This document shows, piece after piece, positions 12,800 to 27,211 of a stretch of 64,000 nt of DNA. The position numbers and the translations under genes were made by a program. Source of the stretch: the human T2T-CHM13v2.0 reference genome, Homo sapiens. The stretch lies in the NCBI RefSeq assembly GCF_009914755.1, contig NC_060925.1. One strand, written 5' to 3'. Every line of letters starts with the position of its first letter. Within the stretch, counting starts at the first letter, position 1. The notes beneath the pieces are model-generated. The model searched no databases. It was not told the DNA's origin and was given only the letters and a program-made list of their open reading frames with translations.

Positions 12800-14462
12800 A
12801 TTAATGCATTTAGCCTTCAAATCTACTTGTCTATGTTAATATGACTGCACCAGCTTTCCTTTGGTTAGTGTTTGTATCTTTGCTCATCCTTTTACTTTCA
12901 AGCTTTCTAAATTCTTTCATTTCAGGTGTGACTTATAAGCAATACACATTTGGATTTTCTTTTTTCTATCTACAGTGTCAACTTTTGTTTGGAATATTTA
13001 GTCCATTTACATTTTGCATACAGTATAATATATTTGACTTTAAATCTAGTATGTTTCTATTTGTTTCTATATATCCAATCTGTTCTATTTTCCTTTTTCC
13101 TTTCTTTCCTTTTTTAAATCAAGTATTTAAAAAAATTAGATTCTTTTTACCTCTATTTACACATTAGATGTATTTTTTACTTAAAATTATAACATGCACA
13201 CATTAAAATTTAGTTTAAATTAATACTTTCACTTCATTCCATATAATGCTGTAACTGAGAACAATTTAACTTTCATTATGCTTCTGGGAACATATATGCC
13301 AATGCTGTTGTATGATACATGTGTGTAAGTTCATATGATATTATTGTTCATGCATATAGATAATATTTGTTTAGATTTACCCATATATTTATATTTATAT
13401 GTATTTTTTTCTTTTATACTTTATTTTTTTCCCACTTCTTCAAGATTTCATCTGAGATAATTTTTCATCTGCCTAAAAAACAACTTTTAGATTTCCTTTA
13501 GGAACAGTCTGATGATTAATTCTAACAGTTTTGATTAGATTTAAAATGTCTTTATTTCACCTTCATTATCAAAAGGTATTTTCACTTTGTATAGAATTTT
13601 ATATTGGTAGTGATTTTCCATCAGCTTTTTGAAGCTGTTGGTCTTCTGGTTTTTATTATTTCTGTTAAAAAATTAGCTGTCAGTGTTACTGGTCTTTTGG
13701 TTTTCATTATTTCTGTTAAAAAATCAGCTGTCCATGTTATTGCCGCTCTTTTGAATGTAATTGTCTTTTTTGCTTTTGGCAACTGTTACAATTTTCTCTT
13801 GATCTTTGCTTAAATATGATGTTTAGCTGTGATTTTCTTTTTAAGTATTCTTCTTTGGATTCATAATGCTTTGTAAATCTATGGTTTGAGACTTTACATC
13901 ATTTTTAGAAAAATATCTAGGCAAATATTGCTTCTATCCTGTTCTATTTCTCTCCTCTTTGAACTCTAATTACACATAAATAAGACCATGTACCGAATCA
14001 TATGTATTTCCTCATATGTAATTCATGTTATCTATAAGTATTTTTCATCTTTTTGGTTTTTAATTCTTTATTCTAGAAACGTTCTTACAATTCATCTTCA
14101 AGCTCCCTAATTCTCTCTTCAGCTATGTCTAATCTAATCTGTTAAATCCATCCATTGAGTCATTAATTTCAATTACTATATTTTATCAGTGTTAGAATAT
14201 CCCTCTTGGTTCCTTTTTAAAGTTTCTTGTTCTCTTCCAAAATTCTCAGATTATCATGTCTTATGCATTAATTGAAGATATAAAGTCCATGTCTGGAAGT
14301 CTATTCTCTAGACCACCAGTAAATCTCTTCCTGTTTTCTGTCATTTTCTTCTTTTCAAGTCATGTTGTTTTCTTGTGTCCTAATGTTTACATGGTTATAC
14401 ATGGTCACATACACACATGTACACACATAGGCATGCACATTGTATCTCTCTTTCTCTTTCAT

Positions 14463-14514
<52 letters not shown>

Positions 14515-15550
14515 ATAGAGATAATTTGAAGCTCTGGATGATATATCTCCCAGCCAGGCTGGTGCTAGGAGCATGCTGAATCCTAGACTCACCTTAATCC
14601 AATAAGTAATTGAGATTCTTAAACACTGAGTTTTAATCTCCATGTAGGTTTGTATATTCATTATACAACTTGAGTCCAAGGCTATCATCTCTTGGGACAG
14701 CAACTAAAGCCTGGACGATTTACCAGTATCCTTCTCTCCTTGAGGGCTTCTGAAGACCAGTGTTTTCCCTAGTCCTTTCAGACTTTCAGAAGCTTTGCTC
14801 AAGTTTACAGCTTCTCAATGGACTCTACCACAACTGTACAATGCATTAGAGGGAAAGCATCCCAAAATGCCAAGCTCATCTCTCTGAGTTTCCTTTTCCT
14901 GAATTTTGTCTTCACAATTAATTCTGAATTATGGCAGTAATCTGGTGTTTTCAAACATTTGTTGTTTATATTTTGTCCATATGTGCTAATTATTTTCAGT
15001 AAGAAAATTAGTTCAATTTACTAGTCATCCAAGTAGCTTCTAAGATTTTCTAATTTTCCTGATATTTTGTGGTTTGTCTGTGATGTGTATAAGAATCAAT
15101 TTGTTTGTATTTATCCTGCTTGATACTCATTGCTCTTTTTCAATCTGCATCCAATATCTCCTTTCAATTCTTGAACTCTCTGCCATCGTCTTTTTGAACA
15201 TTGGCTGTCCCCATTGTCTCTAATCTTTTCTGGAATTTTTACTAGACATTTGTTGGAGCCTCTCCTGTCTTCTATATCTTTCAATTTCTCCTCCAAATTA
15301 TTCATTTACTTATTATCATCTAGTACATTCTAAGTGGTTTCCTTAAAATTATCTAACAATGTTTTAATCTGTCTTCTGGTAAACTACCAATTTTATATAT
15401 ATTTTAGTGGCTATTTTTTATTCTCAAGAATTTCTACTTTTTTTTCAAATGTATCTGTTCTGCTTCATTTTCTTATTATTATGTTCTGGATTATTTTCCC
15501 TTATAATTTGAACGTCTTTAATATGTTAATTTTAAAGTATTTTTTAAGGT
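12800..15550 (-). mobile_element. Old L1M/HAL1 fragments including ORF1 relics
   Basis: Strongly T-rich. ORF 15305-15111 (LKDIEDRRGSNKCLVKIPE) resembles the L1 ORF1p motif DxEDRxRRxNIRxxGxPE. Confidence 0.7.
14465..14512. repeat. (AC)24 microsatellite
   Basis: Directly visible, uninterrupted. Confidence 0.97.
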
Positions 15551-15670
15551 TGAGAAGAACTAAATATTTATCAGACCAGTTTTCTGAATAGTTCCCACCC
15601 TTTCCTTATCCCTAAAGCCATGGCTCTAGATGAGCTATGTCCTCTTAATTTTCTTATTGTATAGATAATA

Positions 15671-16005
15671 TACTCATCCTTTGGTATTCATGAAAGATTT
15701 GTTTAAGGACTTCCAGCAGATACCAAATGCACAGATGCTCAAGTCCGTGATATAAAACAGTATGGTATTTTCATATAACCTATGTACATCTTCCTCTATA
15801 CTTTAAATCACCTCTAGGTTACTTACAATAGGTAATACAATGTAAATGCTATGTAAATAGTTGCTATACTGTATTGTTTAGGGAATAATAGCAAGGAAAA
15901 AAGTCTGTAAATGTTTAACAGAGATGCAATTTTTAAAAAATATTTTTGATCTCTAGTTGGTTGAATCCATGGATGCAGAAATCCGTGGATGTGGGCGGCA
16001 ACTGT
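15671..16005. mobile_element. MER2 (Tigger-family MITE)
   Basis: gatgctcaagtccgtgatataaaa...taatacaatgtaaatgctatgtaaatagttg...ggttgaatccatggatgcagaa. Confidence 0.85.
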
Positions 16006-18639
16006 CCAAGAGTTTTACCTTTGCACCAAAGCATAATGTAGTCTTGAGGTTCTGATTAGTAATGGTGAGTATGCTTTCATCATATTAGTAAGACGACCCT
16101 AATTCCACTTTGTATCCTTGAACAGGGGCTAGAGTTTTACTAGGAAGCAGCCTTTCTTGCAAAGTATCCATTTTCATCTCCCTCCAGATACAAAGCTTAC
16201 TGCTGGGCTCCTGCTCTGTCTTTGGTATTCAAAGCGTGCAGCTTTCATCTGGTTGTGTAACCTGGGCCATATGGCCTCCAATCCTACTCAGTTATTTATT
16301 GATCCTCTTTATCATTGATACCTGAAGAATTCACTTCTTGCTTTCAAAATTGGCAATGTATTTTTTAAAATAATTTAATCCACTATCTTGTATTTTTATG
16401 TGTTTGGAGTAGAGAATAGTGAGTTAATGAGGCCACTTCCAGAATTTGCCTGGTCTACCGACTTGAAAGAGAGCCAGAATATTCTTTAAACTTCTAAGTG
16501 CAGTCATGTTTGTCAAGAAATGCTGGTGTGTCTGCTGGAAATTTATCATAAAAATTCTAACTTCTCTGCCTCTTCCTGACAAAATAAATAAATTAGATCA
16601 ATTGCTTGAACCCAAGATCAAACTATATACATTATAAAAATGTATATACATATCAAAACATAATGTACACTATAAGTAGGTATGATTTTTATTTGTCAAT
16701 TATCCCTTATTAAATCTGAGAAAAAACAAATGAAATAAATACATAAAAATAATAGTTATCTGTGTTAGGGGAAAAAAATTTATAGCCTTTAACCTTATCC
16801 CCAACTTTATTACCAATAGATGAGAGTGCATTATTAGGCTTTACTTCAAGTATTTTTCTCAGCTGTGCCTTGGTCTAATACAATAAACCATGTATCATGA
16901 AAAAATGTAAAATGTTACCTTCATAAGCTAAGAAATTATGCATTAGATAGCCTATTTACTGGTGTTGGTGGTAGAGAAATAGCCTGTCTTGGACCTCATT
17001 TCCAAAGAGGTTTACTATGAAGTATTCAACAGACTTCATTATCAAACAGTGTCTTCTGTTTTCTCATTACTGTGTTGCTTCCAAGGACCATAGTCAGGAG
17101 TCAGAGGTCATTTGAGAGTATAATCCTACAAATATATATGTACACATTTCACTGATGGACCTTGTTGCTGCCTATCTGAAGAAACTATACTATTTACTCA
17201 GCAGCAAAATCAGCACCACTGCTCTTTTTCCCCCAAAGTCTCAAACAACACCCAGCCCATAGTAGGACCCTTACAAAAGTTAGTTGGGTAGTTAGAGAAG
17301 TAAATGACTGGAGAGAAATGAGAATGCTGAGACTATAGTATTGATCACTTGCTGCAACTCTCAATGTAGACTCCTAAAGTCAGGCAGGAGAATAGTTTTA
17401 GTCCTGCAGTCCATGGGGATCTGGACTACTAAGCAGATAACCCACAGCTCTTTCCTGGACTTCTAAGGGTTTTTGTCATATAAGTAATCTAAGTAATCTA
17501 AAGCTTTAAATATTTTTAGTTCCTTGTATAAAAGACAATCGATGCAGCAAGTATTTATTATTGCTGAACGCAAGCTTGGGAATTAATAGGCATAGTCTTG
17601 GCTGTATACCTTGAGTGAGTCACTTCTCCCTTTGAGACTTCAGTTTCCTAATCTGTAATTTGAAGTTTGAAAGGCTTTGACTAGATGGCATTTTAAGGCC
17701 CCTCCCAGTATGAACATTCTCTGATGTGTTAGTGACCTTCTAGCAGATGTAGTAACAATAAAGCAGATTTTTGATTGGGTTATTTTTTAAGCAATATGGC
17801 TATTTCCAAATAGCCAGTGGTTATTAAAAATATAAACACAATTCCTGCTTCATTCATGATATTTCTCCAAAAATCAGCAGGTTATTTACCATATATATTT
17901 TCAACAACTCAAAAGCCAGGGTTTATAGTAATACCAGCCTCCCTTTACACAGTGCATTTTATTCTAAAGTGCATTATCTTTAGAATTACCCTGAGACATT
18001 CTTTCAGTCAGTCATGAATGCAACTATTTCAGTAAGGAAAAAAAAAATCACCTCTATTCAAGCACACACCTGTGTGGCCAGACGAGAACTGAAAAACAAA
18101 TCTGCTGCATTTGGGGAGGGAATTCCCAGTAGAGGAAATGAGGAAATGGAAAGCCCTTTGGTGGGGATTAGAATCCTGAGTCCCATCCCTCATTCAGCAC
18201 TTCAAGCTGTGTGGCCTTGAGCATATCACTTCACCTTCAGCTTCTCTTGAATGAAATGGAAGGTTCTCTAGTGACTGTCTAACCCTGGCTGTGCCACAGG
18301 ATTACCTACAGACCCTTCTACATGCACGGTATTGGGCCCCATCCAATATAATGAAATCAGTACTTCCAGAGGTGGGGCTTTGTAATATATGTCATTAAAA
18401 ATCCTTCCAGTGAATTCTGGCTTCACACAGACCAGTATTTGGAGATAAGCAGGCTTAGAATCAGATCTCTCTCAGTCTTGATTTTTTAGGATTCTGTGAA
18501 TGCATCTTCTGGATGAATCACTCCCAAATCTCCTAAGTATATGTAATACAATCTCTATTAGCAGTGATGGGTCCTTCTGAGGAAGATTAAGAAACAAGCA
18601 ATGACAGAAAGATACCTTTATCTTCAGAGATATGGTAAT

Positions 18640-19020
18640 CTAGTCTAATTATTGAATCCATTCAACAAATATTTATGGACAATCTATTATATGTATACAA
18701 ATGTGCCAGGGACTAGGGAAAAACATGAACAAGTCTCACAGATCTTGTATTTGTTGGAGGATACAGACAAATAAAGAGGCTATTAGAAAGCAGAGTAATA
18801 AGGTGATTAAAATAAGAATAGGGTGCACAGGGCATGTTACAGGGGCTATAATACAGATTTCAGAAGACCAGGGAAGGCTTTCTGGAGGAAGAGACATCTA
18901 AGTTGAAGCCTGAAAGGCAAGGAGAGAATGAAGAAGAGGGTTCCAACTGGAGGAAGCAGCTTGGGTAAAAGCGAGGAAGTCCATGCTAGTATAGGGTAAG
19001 CACTGAAAGATATGGTTGGT
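18640..19020. mobile_element. L2 LINE fragment
   Basis: cattcaacaaatatttat...gggaaggctttctggaggaagagacatctaagttgaagcctgaaagg. Confidence 0.7.
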
Positions 19021-19023
19021 GCG

Positions 19024-19531
19024 GGGGTTTATTAAGGAGAATTGACTCACATGATCACAAGGTGAAGTCCCACAGTAGGGCACCTGCAAGCTGAGGAGCA
19101 AGGAAGTCATTCTGAGTCCCAAAACCTCAAAAGTAGGGAAGCCAACAGTGCTGCCTTCAGTCTGTGGTCAAAGGCCCGAGAGCCCCTGGTAAAGCACTGG
19201 TGTAAGTCCAAGAGTCCAAAAGCTGAAGAACTTGGAGTCTGATGTTCAAGGGCAGGAAGCATCCAGCACAGGAGAAAGATGAAGGCTGGAAGACTCAGCA
19301 AGTCGGCTCCTTCCACCTTCTTCTGCCTGCCTTTTTCTAGCCACCTGCCTGCATTCCTTCTGGCTGGCAACTGATTAGACTGTGCCCTCCCAGATTGAGG
19401 GTGGGTCTGCCTCTCCCAGCCCACTGACTCAAATGTTAATCTCCTTTGGCAACACCCTCACAGACACACCCAGGAACAATACTTTGCATCCTTCAATTCA
19501 ATCAAGTTGACACTCAATATTAACCATCACA
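19024..19531 (-). mobile_element. MLT2A (HERV-L) LTR, apparently 3'-truncated
   Basis: Minus strand begins TGTGATGGTTAATATTGAGTGTCAACTTGATTG; well-preserved body. Confidence 0.9.
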
Positions 19532-20074
19532 GGATGAGAACAAGAGATGAAGCTGGAGAGCAGGAGGGGGAATCAGGGACCAGACCACGAGTGTGGGTAT
19601 CAGGGTTCCAGCAGTGACACCACTTTGGGAACTTGTCAAGTCCTGACCTGGAGTCTGGTATGTGCCCCTGTGTACCCAGCTGAGTTTGAAGGTATGGCCC
19701 CAGCCTTTCCCAGAAATGCTGCTCACCCATATTAGAGGCAATCGGCACTGGACAAGTGTGATGAGGTAACACTATTTTTCTAAGTGCTTTATTTCCCTGA
19801 ACATGCCGTTTATTACATTTTGGGTTTTAACTAAGGCTCACAGGAATGGACTGGAAGGATGTGGCTTCCCAGCTCAGGTTCAGAGTAAAGCAGCATGCCG
19901 AGTGAGCATGTTTCCAGAGCCCAGAGGGAGAAGGCCCAGGTGAAGGCTGCCATCTGGGGTGTGCCAAGAGGGTGGAGGTAAAGAACCACCATGGCAGGGC
20001 ACCACCCTCTCCAACCCTGACACTACTTTGAATTATCAGAAAACATACAGATTTCTGCCTTACAGAAGACCCTT

Positions 20075-20910
20075 TTATTTTTTGCTTTTATAACTTTATT
20101 ATGATATACTATCAAATGTACAGAAGAATCACAAGTACTTCCATATATTCCTTACTCAGTCTCCTTATATATTAAAATTTTGCCCATATTTATTATGTTA
20201 TTGCCTCAAATTTTATACATACTATTTTCTGAATCATTGGAGAGTAGTTTCATATGTAAACAAATATATATTTTACTTTTAATTTGCCAGATACAACTTT
20301 ATTTTTTTAATTTTTAATTTTTGTGTGTACATAGTAGGTGTCCATATTTATGGGTTACCTGAGATATTTTGATACAAAGATGCAATGCATAATAATCCCA
20401 TCAGGGTGCATAGGATATCCATCACCTCAAGCATTTATCCTTTGTGTTTCAAGCAATCTAATTATAATATTTTAGTTATTTTAAAATGAAGGATTAAATT
20501 ATTTTTTATTATAGTCACCTTGTTGTGCTAGCAAATACTAGTCTTAATTATTCTTTCTTACTATTTATTGTACCCATTAACCATCTCCCACTCCCGCCCA
20601 CGATTACCCTTCCTAGCGTCTGGTAACCATCCTTCTGGGAGTAGTTATATATATCACGCCTCTTTATTCCTAAATATTTCCATGTGTATTTCCTCGGAAC
20701 ATTCATACATAGTCACAGTGCAATTATCAATGTTTTTAAAAAAATTAACATTATTATAAAAGTGTTATCTTATCCAGGGTCCATATTCAAATTTTGCCAA
20801 CTATCTCCCAAAACGTTTTTTATTGCTATCTATTCCTAATAAAGCATCAAATCCAGTATTACACGTTGTATTTAGTTGCCATATATCTTAGTTTGCTTTA
20901 ATCACTAGCA
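20075..20910 (-). mobile_element. L1MA 3' end (about 20300-20640) nested in an older L1MC fragment
   Basis: gtacatagtaggtgtccatatttatggg...atccatcacctcaagcatttatcctttgtg...cccttcctagcgtctggtaaccat. Confidence 0.75.
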
Positions 20911-22649
20911 GTTCACTATGTACATCATTTCATTTAATCCTCATAACTGAGGCTCAGAAATGTTTAAGAAACTTGCCCAAAGTCATAGAGATTGAAATCC
21001 CAGTCTATTTGATTCCAACGAGTCTTTTCTTTCCATGATATCATCCTGACCATAATTAAGATATTATGTTCTTCTAACATGGAACCAACTATCTCTCAGA
21101 ACTATCAGAGAAAAGATTCGGTTTCTTGTCCAAGATGTATCATTTGTTAAGTGCATGAGCTTGAGGTGCTCATAGACTTATTTGTTGAGCCTCACTTTCC
21201 TTTCTTGCATAATGAGAGCCATGCCTGCCATTGCTAACCTTACAAGGTTGCTGTGAGGTACTAAAAGAATGAGCATGTAAATGATCTTTGTAAATTATAA
21301 AGCTAGAAACATATAAAAACCTACCAGTGGCACAGTCACACTAAGGTGCAAATGGCTGAAATCAGACCCTACACTGAGTAATGACAGAAAAAAACGGAGC
21401 AAGAATTAAACAGAATAATAAAATATTCACATAGAAAGGTAAAAAGGCAAAAGAATAGGCTGAAGATAGTGGAAGGACATGTTTCAGCTACGTCCTAACT
21501 TTTCTGAACCAGTTCCTTCCCAGACCCAAGGTGCTATGCTAAACTTTTCCATATCACTTTCCTGGGTTTATCTAAGATTCCAGAATCCATAGACTGCTCC
21601 CCTCTCCCTCCACCCATACACACACTCACACTCACTCCACCATCCCTGGGAGAAGTTTCTTCCTTCTCCAAATATGTACAAAACCACCAGTCCCTAAGCC
21701 CAAGTGGGCTGGCTGAGATCAGGGCTATTCTGGGGCAGCCAGTTTGCACGCTGATAGGGGAGGATTAATGAGACAGTCTGCTCATCCATTGCAATTAGAA
21801 ACAACACTGGAACTATTCTGAGGCTATTTCTATGCAGGGAACTTGAACTGCTCATCAGCCCTCCTCACTCAGAGACCTGTGGGTAATTAGGGCCGTGTTA
21901 AATATAGGAGAATCAACCCAGAGCAGCCCCATCTGTGCCGGCGCCTTGGGTTCTGAGGATACACTGTGCCCTCAGCTAGCACTCCAACAGCAGTAAAGGG
22001 GGATTTAGCTTCAACCTGGAGGATTTGGGTGTTGCTTAACTCAAGCTAAAAATGCCCTGGCCTTTTAGGCCCACATGGGCTGTCAGATAAAACTCAGGAG
22101 TGAAAACCACATCAGCCCCAGGAAAGCACCTGACATTTATGGGCCCTATTTGCCAAGCCACAGGGTTGCCACCAACTCATTAAAAAGGACAGTTTAGCTT
22201 AGGATGAAGGCATGGAGGGAGTGCAGTGTGTCTGTAAACCTTATATTTGAAGAAGAACAACTAAAAAAACAAAAACAGTGGGTAAGGAAGGATGCTATAG
22301 TATGTAATTACAACACCCTCTGACTCCAAACAGTTGTGTGGACACTGGGTCATTATGCAGGACTTTTCTGTCCTTCTGAAAAGACACTCCTAAGTAATAA
22401 GCTCATAGCACACAAGATTGGATAATACTGCACAGTCATTATTTTCTCATGATGTTGCTCAGGGGTGGAGGGGTTGCTGAGTATATTAGTTTCACTTTAC
22501 GGATTTTATTTTCTAGAAGTTGTTGGGGGAGATAGTAAACTCAGACCCATAGGTAGAGCCCACAATAGGTCCCAGAGAGAGCAATCCTGAGTTCCTGTGG
22601 CCACTAGTCTTCATGGTAATTACCTCTTTGCAAAATGCATCCTCTGGGG

Positions 22650-22820
22650 CCTGCTACTCAAAGTGTGGTCCTTGGATTGGCAGCTTTGGTCTCCACCTAA
22701 AGTGTGGTAGAAATGCAGAATCTCAGGTCTCATCTACTCAATCAGAACCTGCCTTTTAACAAGGTCCCTTGGTGATCCATATGAACTAAGAGAAATATTA
22801 AAGTTTAAGAAATATTCTCC
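22650..22820. mobile_element. MER5A-type hAT MITE
   Basis: tgctactcaaagtgtggtcc...agaaatgcagaatctcagg...ttttaacaaggtccc. Confidence 0.75.
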
Positions 22821-24274
22821 AGGAGGCCCATTGCCTTGTGTCTGGGAGAGGGTGTGAGGCCATTTGTTGCAATGCCCCAGGTATTTGTTGTTCGCTTGTT
22901 TGTGGTTGGTTGGTTTGTGTTTCCTGATGTCTGATGATTAGAAAGTCTTACAACCTCCCAGGCTTCCAGGATGGGTGCATTTGAGGGTCCTAAGGTAAAA
23001 TTTTAGGCCAAGCCATCATTCTTAAGCCTTTCCATTTCATCCATCTCACAAGGGATGAGGATTCAAAGGTTCTAGACTGGGAGGGCCTGTCTCCTAATTG
23101 ATTTAGGACATTCAGTTGTGTTTACGGTTACCAAATGTCATAGGGGCTTGTCCTGCACTGATCTATAGCTCAGTGACTAACATCCTCAAGATGCGGAAGT
23201 GGCTTGGTGTGTTCCTGTAGCTGTATACCTTGTTTCCATGGAGCCCATTTTTTATTCACGCTAAGTTTGCCTGGCCTTACAAAACTTCTTGGGTGGTAGC
23301 AGGGGCCACTGTATCCTAAGCAGATCCACTGGAATCAATTTTTGGTGGAAGCTGGCTCCAGTAGAGGTCAACTGCCCCAGATAAAAAAGGAAATTGCTGT
23401 TTTTCCAGGTATTTGGAGGGCTTGCTGGCCAGGCAGTTCGCTGTCAGGGTTTGAAGGCACTAAGACCCAGGAAGTAGACCCTCAGCCCAGCTGTTGAGAC
23501 AGATCCAGACTCTCCGTCTCTGACAAGCCATTTGGACTGTCTTTTCTGAGTTCTTTATATTTTCCTAATTCATGGGCTTCAGGCAATCACAACCACCCAA
23601 TGACATCCTCTTTCAGCTGCAAAGTACCATGGGGTGATGGACAGTGCACTATCCTGGAGACACTATTTCACAGGCGATTTTGCATCCACTTAGCCCCATC
23701 TGAAGTTGACTCAAGTGGACTAGTATGGGCAGCAAAGAAGCTCACAGACGATGGCATCTCTAGGAGTACTAAGCTACCGAGATGACCGAGAAGAACAGTT
23801 ATGATAAGGTGACAGGCTGCATTTCTCCAATCCTGAGTAGGAAACGTATTTTCATCCCACATGGTAACTCAAGTTCTATGGTTGTCAGGAGCTTCTAATG
23901 TCCCCATATTAAGAATCACACAATGTAATACACCACTAGCTATCACATGACACATGGGAGAGAGTTTCAGAAGAAGAATGTCACATTGGTTCTACTTACT
24001 TATCCCTAAGTAATTCTCCTCTTGCCCATGGAAGCAACAGAAGTGCCATTTGCAGATTACCTTCTTTTTTGATTTGTTTCTTTGACAAAGTTAAATGCCC
24101 AGGCCAGACTATGTAAGTATTACAAGTATAGCAGTGAACAGGCAGATACGCTTCCTGCCTAATGAAACCTACTTCTTGGTGAGATACACAGACATTAAAT
24201 AAGCAATCAGAGAATTAATGCGCAATTAAAATTGTGACAAGTGTGACAAAGAAAACATACAGGATGCTGTATAC

Positions 24275-24461
24275 AGTGGTTGTTTGTAAACGAGCTTTCA
24301 AAAAAAGCCCTGATTTGTAGCATCTGCCAATTTCTGCAGTGTAAATATATCCACAGTTAATTTCAAGCTATGGGCAGTTGCAGTTGCCAGCTCACGCAGT
24401 TCTAGAATATTCAACAATCAGCTCTGGTTAGCCAGCATGAGCCAACTTCAGCAGACCACTG
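24275..24461. mobile_element. MER63-like hAT element within an L2 fragment
   Basis: Termini cagtgg...ccactg; internal aaaaaagccctgatttgtagca. Confidence 0.6.
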
Positions 24462-25576
24462 CGTCACATCAGATATTATAGAGAAGGACTAAACTGAGCT
24501 ATGGGGGGTCAGAGCTTTTCTGATGAAGTGAAATTTAAAGTGAGCCTTGAGGGATCATCAGTAATTTGCTAGGGAAGGAGTGAGAGCAAAAGACTTTTCA
24601 TGCGTAAGGAATAACTTGTACAATGCATAAGGAATAACATGCATAAGGAATAACTTGTACAATAACTTGTACAAAAGAGGTAAGAAGGAACATGGTGTTT
24701 TATGTAATGGGAGAAGATCAGTGTGGGGAAGCTTAGTGTGCCTCCAAACCAGATGAAATAGATACTATTATAATTATCCTCATTTGTAAGGAAACTGAGC
24801 TGCAGACAGCCTGAATAACCAAGTAACTAGCTCAAGGTCATACAACTGCAAAGTGGTAGGGTGTGGATCTGAATCTTGGCAATCTTTCTCTAGAGGCTGC
24901 CATGCTATCACTTTGTGCTGCCTTTCAGCTGAGAATGGAAATGGTAGGCAAGGGCCCAAACCATGCAAAAGCTAGTAAAATGGCTTTCTTCTACAAGCAA
25001 TATCAAATTCGTTTCTCAAGGCATTTCTCTAGGCCAGCAGATCTTACCTAACCCATTTGGTTAGGAGACCATAGGAAAATCTGATGAAAGATGTAGACAG
25101 CCTCATCATAATGAATGTGTTCAAACACATAACACAAATTTACATATGTTTTTTGATGGCTCACAGACACCCTAGCCCATTTATAATCTCCTTAGTAGTC
25201 CAAACATTGCAGAAAAGCAATCTGTGGGCTGCATTTTCCCCTCCTGCTGGCCTCCTGCCTCCTATCTCTATCTTAGATACTTTTGTTGATTCAGTTCTTG
25301 CTCTCTGCCATCTTACAAGAAATTTGCAAGCTTCCAGGAACAGAAGATTTCATCTTTCACTGAAGCCCTGGGGCCATGTCATTTAAAATACCTCTAGCAA
25401 GAGTGCTGGGCTATGGTCAGGAAATGATTTTCATCTCAACCTGCTCTCTGACAACTTTCTCCCCTGTTTCCCTATCCATAACATGGAAATTTGTTAGCAC
25501 CTATATTTAGTGCTTTGCTTGAAGACCCATATCCTGGCACTTCCTATGTTAAAATATGCCATAAAAATCCAAATGT

Positions 25577-25726
25577 GCCGGGTGCGGTGGCTCACGCCTG
25601 TAATCCCAACTCTCAGGGAGGCAGAGGTGGGAGGATGGCTTGAGCCCAGGAGTTCAAGACCTGCCTTGGCAATATAGTGAGACCCCGTTCTCCACAGAAA
25701 GAGAGGGGGAAAAAAAGACAAAAAAA
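25577..25726 (+). pseudogene. BC200 (BCYRN1)-type Alu-monomer retrocopy lacking the unique 3' domain
   Basis: Carries BC200 rather than FLAM-C diagnostics as recalled: CTCTCAGGGAGG, GACCTGCC, CAATATAG, CCCCGTTCTCCA, and AAAAGACAAAA in the A-rich region. Confidence 0.8.
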
Positions 25727-25745
25727 GGAAATTACCAGACCCTTC

Positions 25746-26114
<369 letters not shown>

Positions 26115-27211
26115 TCAGTTTACAATAAGTCTACTTTTCACTGAATTATATTTGAGAGTAAAATTGTATTAGAGTATTGAATTACATTTCAGAGTAAATT
26201 TCTGGTATAATTATGCTTTACTCTGACTTCTTCATAATTGTTTTTGAATTTGTAGGTGATATTCAGAAAAGTGTTCTGAGACCTTTGGAAAAAAACCCCA
26301 TATAAATGCAGAGCATTACGACTATAATAATAATTATTTTGCTGCTATTTCCACCATTGATCCTGAAACTATTTTTTCCTCTGCTTCCAATTAGCTATTT
26401 TCTCCCTCCCATCCAAAATAAGGAGTGACAGCTTTAAATTAGCTAAAGATAAAAAAAAAAAAATCCTTGAAGTACTGTCTGCAGTGACAACCTTACGAGG
26501 TAGAGGAGAGCTTTTTGATACCATCCCACACACCAGCTTATGAGAGCTGATTGTTAAATATTTTGGAGTTTTATAAGTTGACAACTGTTTTAGATGTCAA
26601 AAGCCAATGGAGTAAAAATGCTCTGATGAGTCAATAATAAAATACTGAGCAATACCACAACCAAGACACTGACATAAGTGTTATAGGGAAGACCAAGTAT
26701 GTCTTTAACCTATAGTCTAAATAGATACATGGGAGGCTATGGGCCCCTCAAGGGTAGAGTCTTCTTAATAAACACTTGCCATGGTTTGGGCCACTGAAAG
26801 ATATCAGTGAAACACATGTTTGTTGAATGAACAAATAAATGGATAAATGCTAAGGTGCAGTGCTGCCTAGCATTGGGAAGATGACTTTCAAGAGAATCCC
26901 AGAGACTCATGTCCAGATTAGGAGAAAGGAAATGTCTTTCTGATGACTTCCTTGAAATTGACATATATAAGGAATAAGGACTAATGAATAAATACTTGTG
27001 TTCTGTTCTTTTCTTTGGGCCTTTTTCTCTACCTCTCTTACTTATCTTCCTGACTTGGTAGAGTGTAATCCATTTGAAATACTGCTCAGTGGAGCCCCCA
27101 GTGGTTTAGTAGATCTGTGAAATTCGATATTATTTTCTTACAAAAACTCTCCTCTGGGGGTAGTAACCTTTGTCAGTCTCCTAGTTTTGGCTTTGTTGTG
27201 CAAAGTGAACT

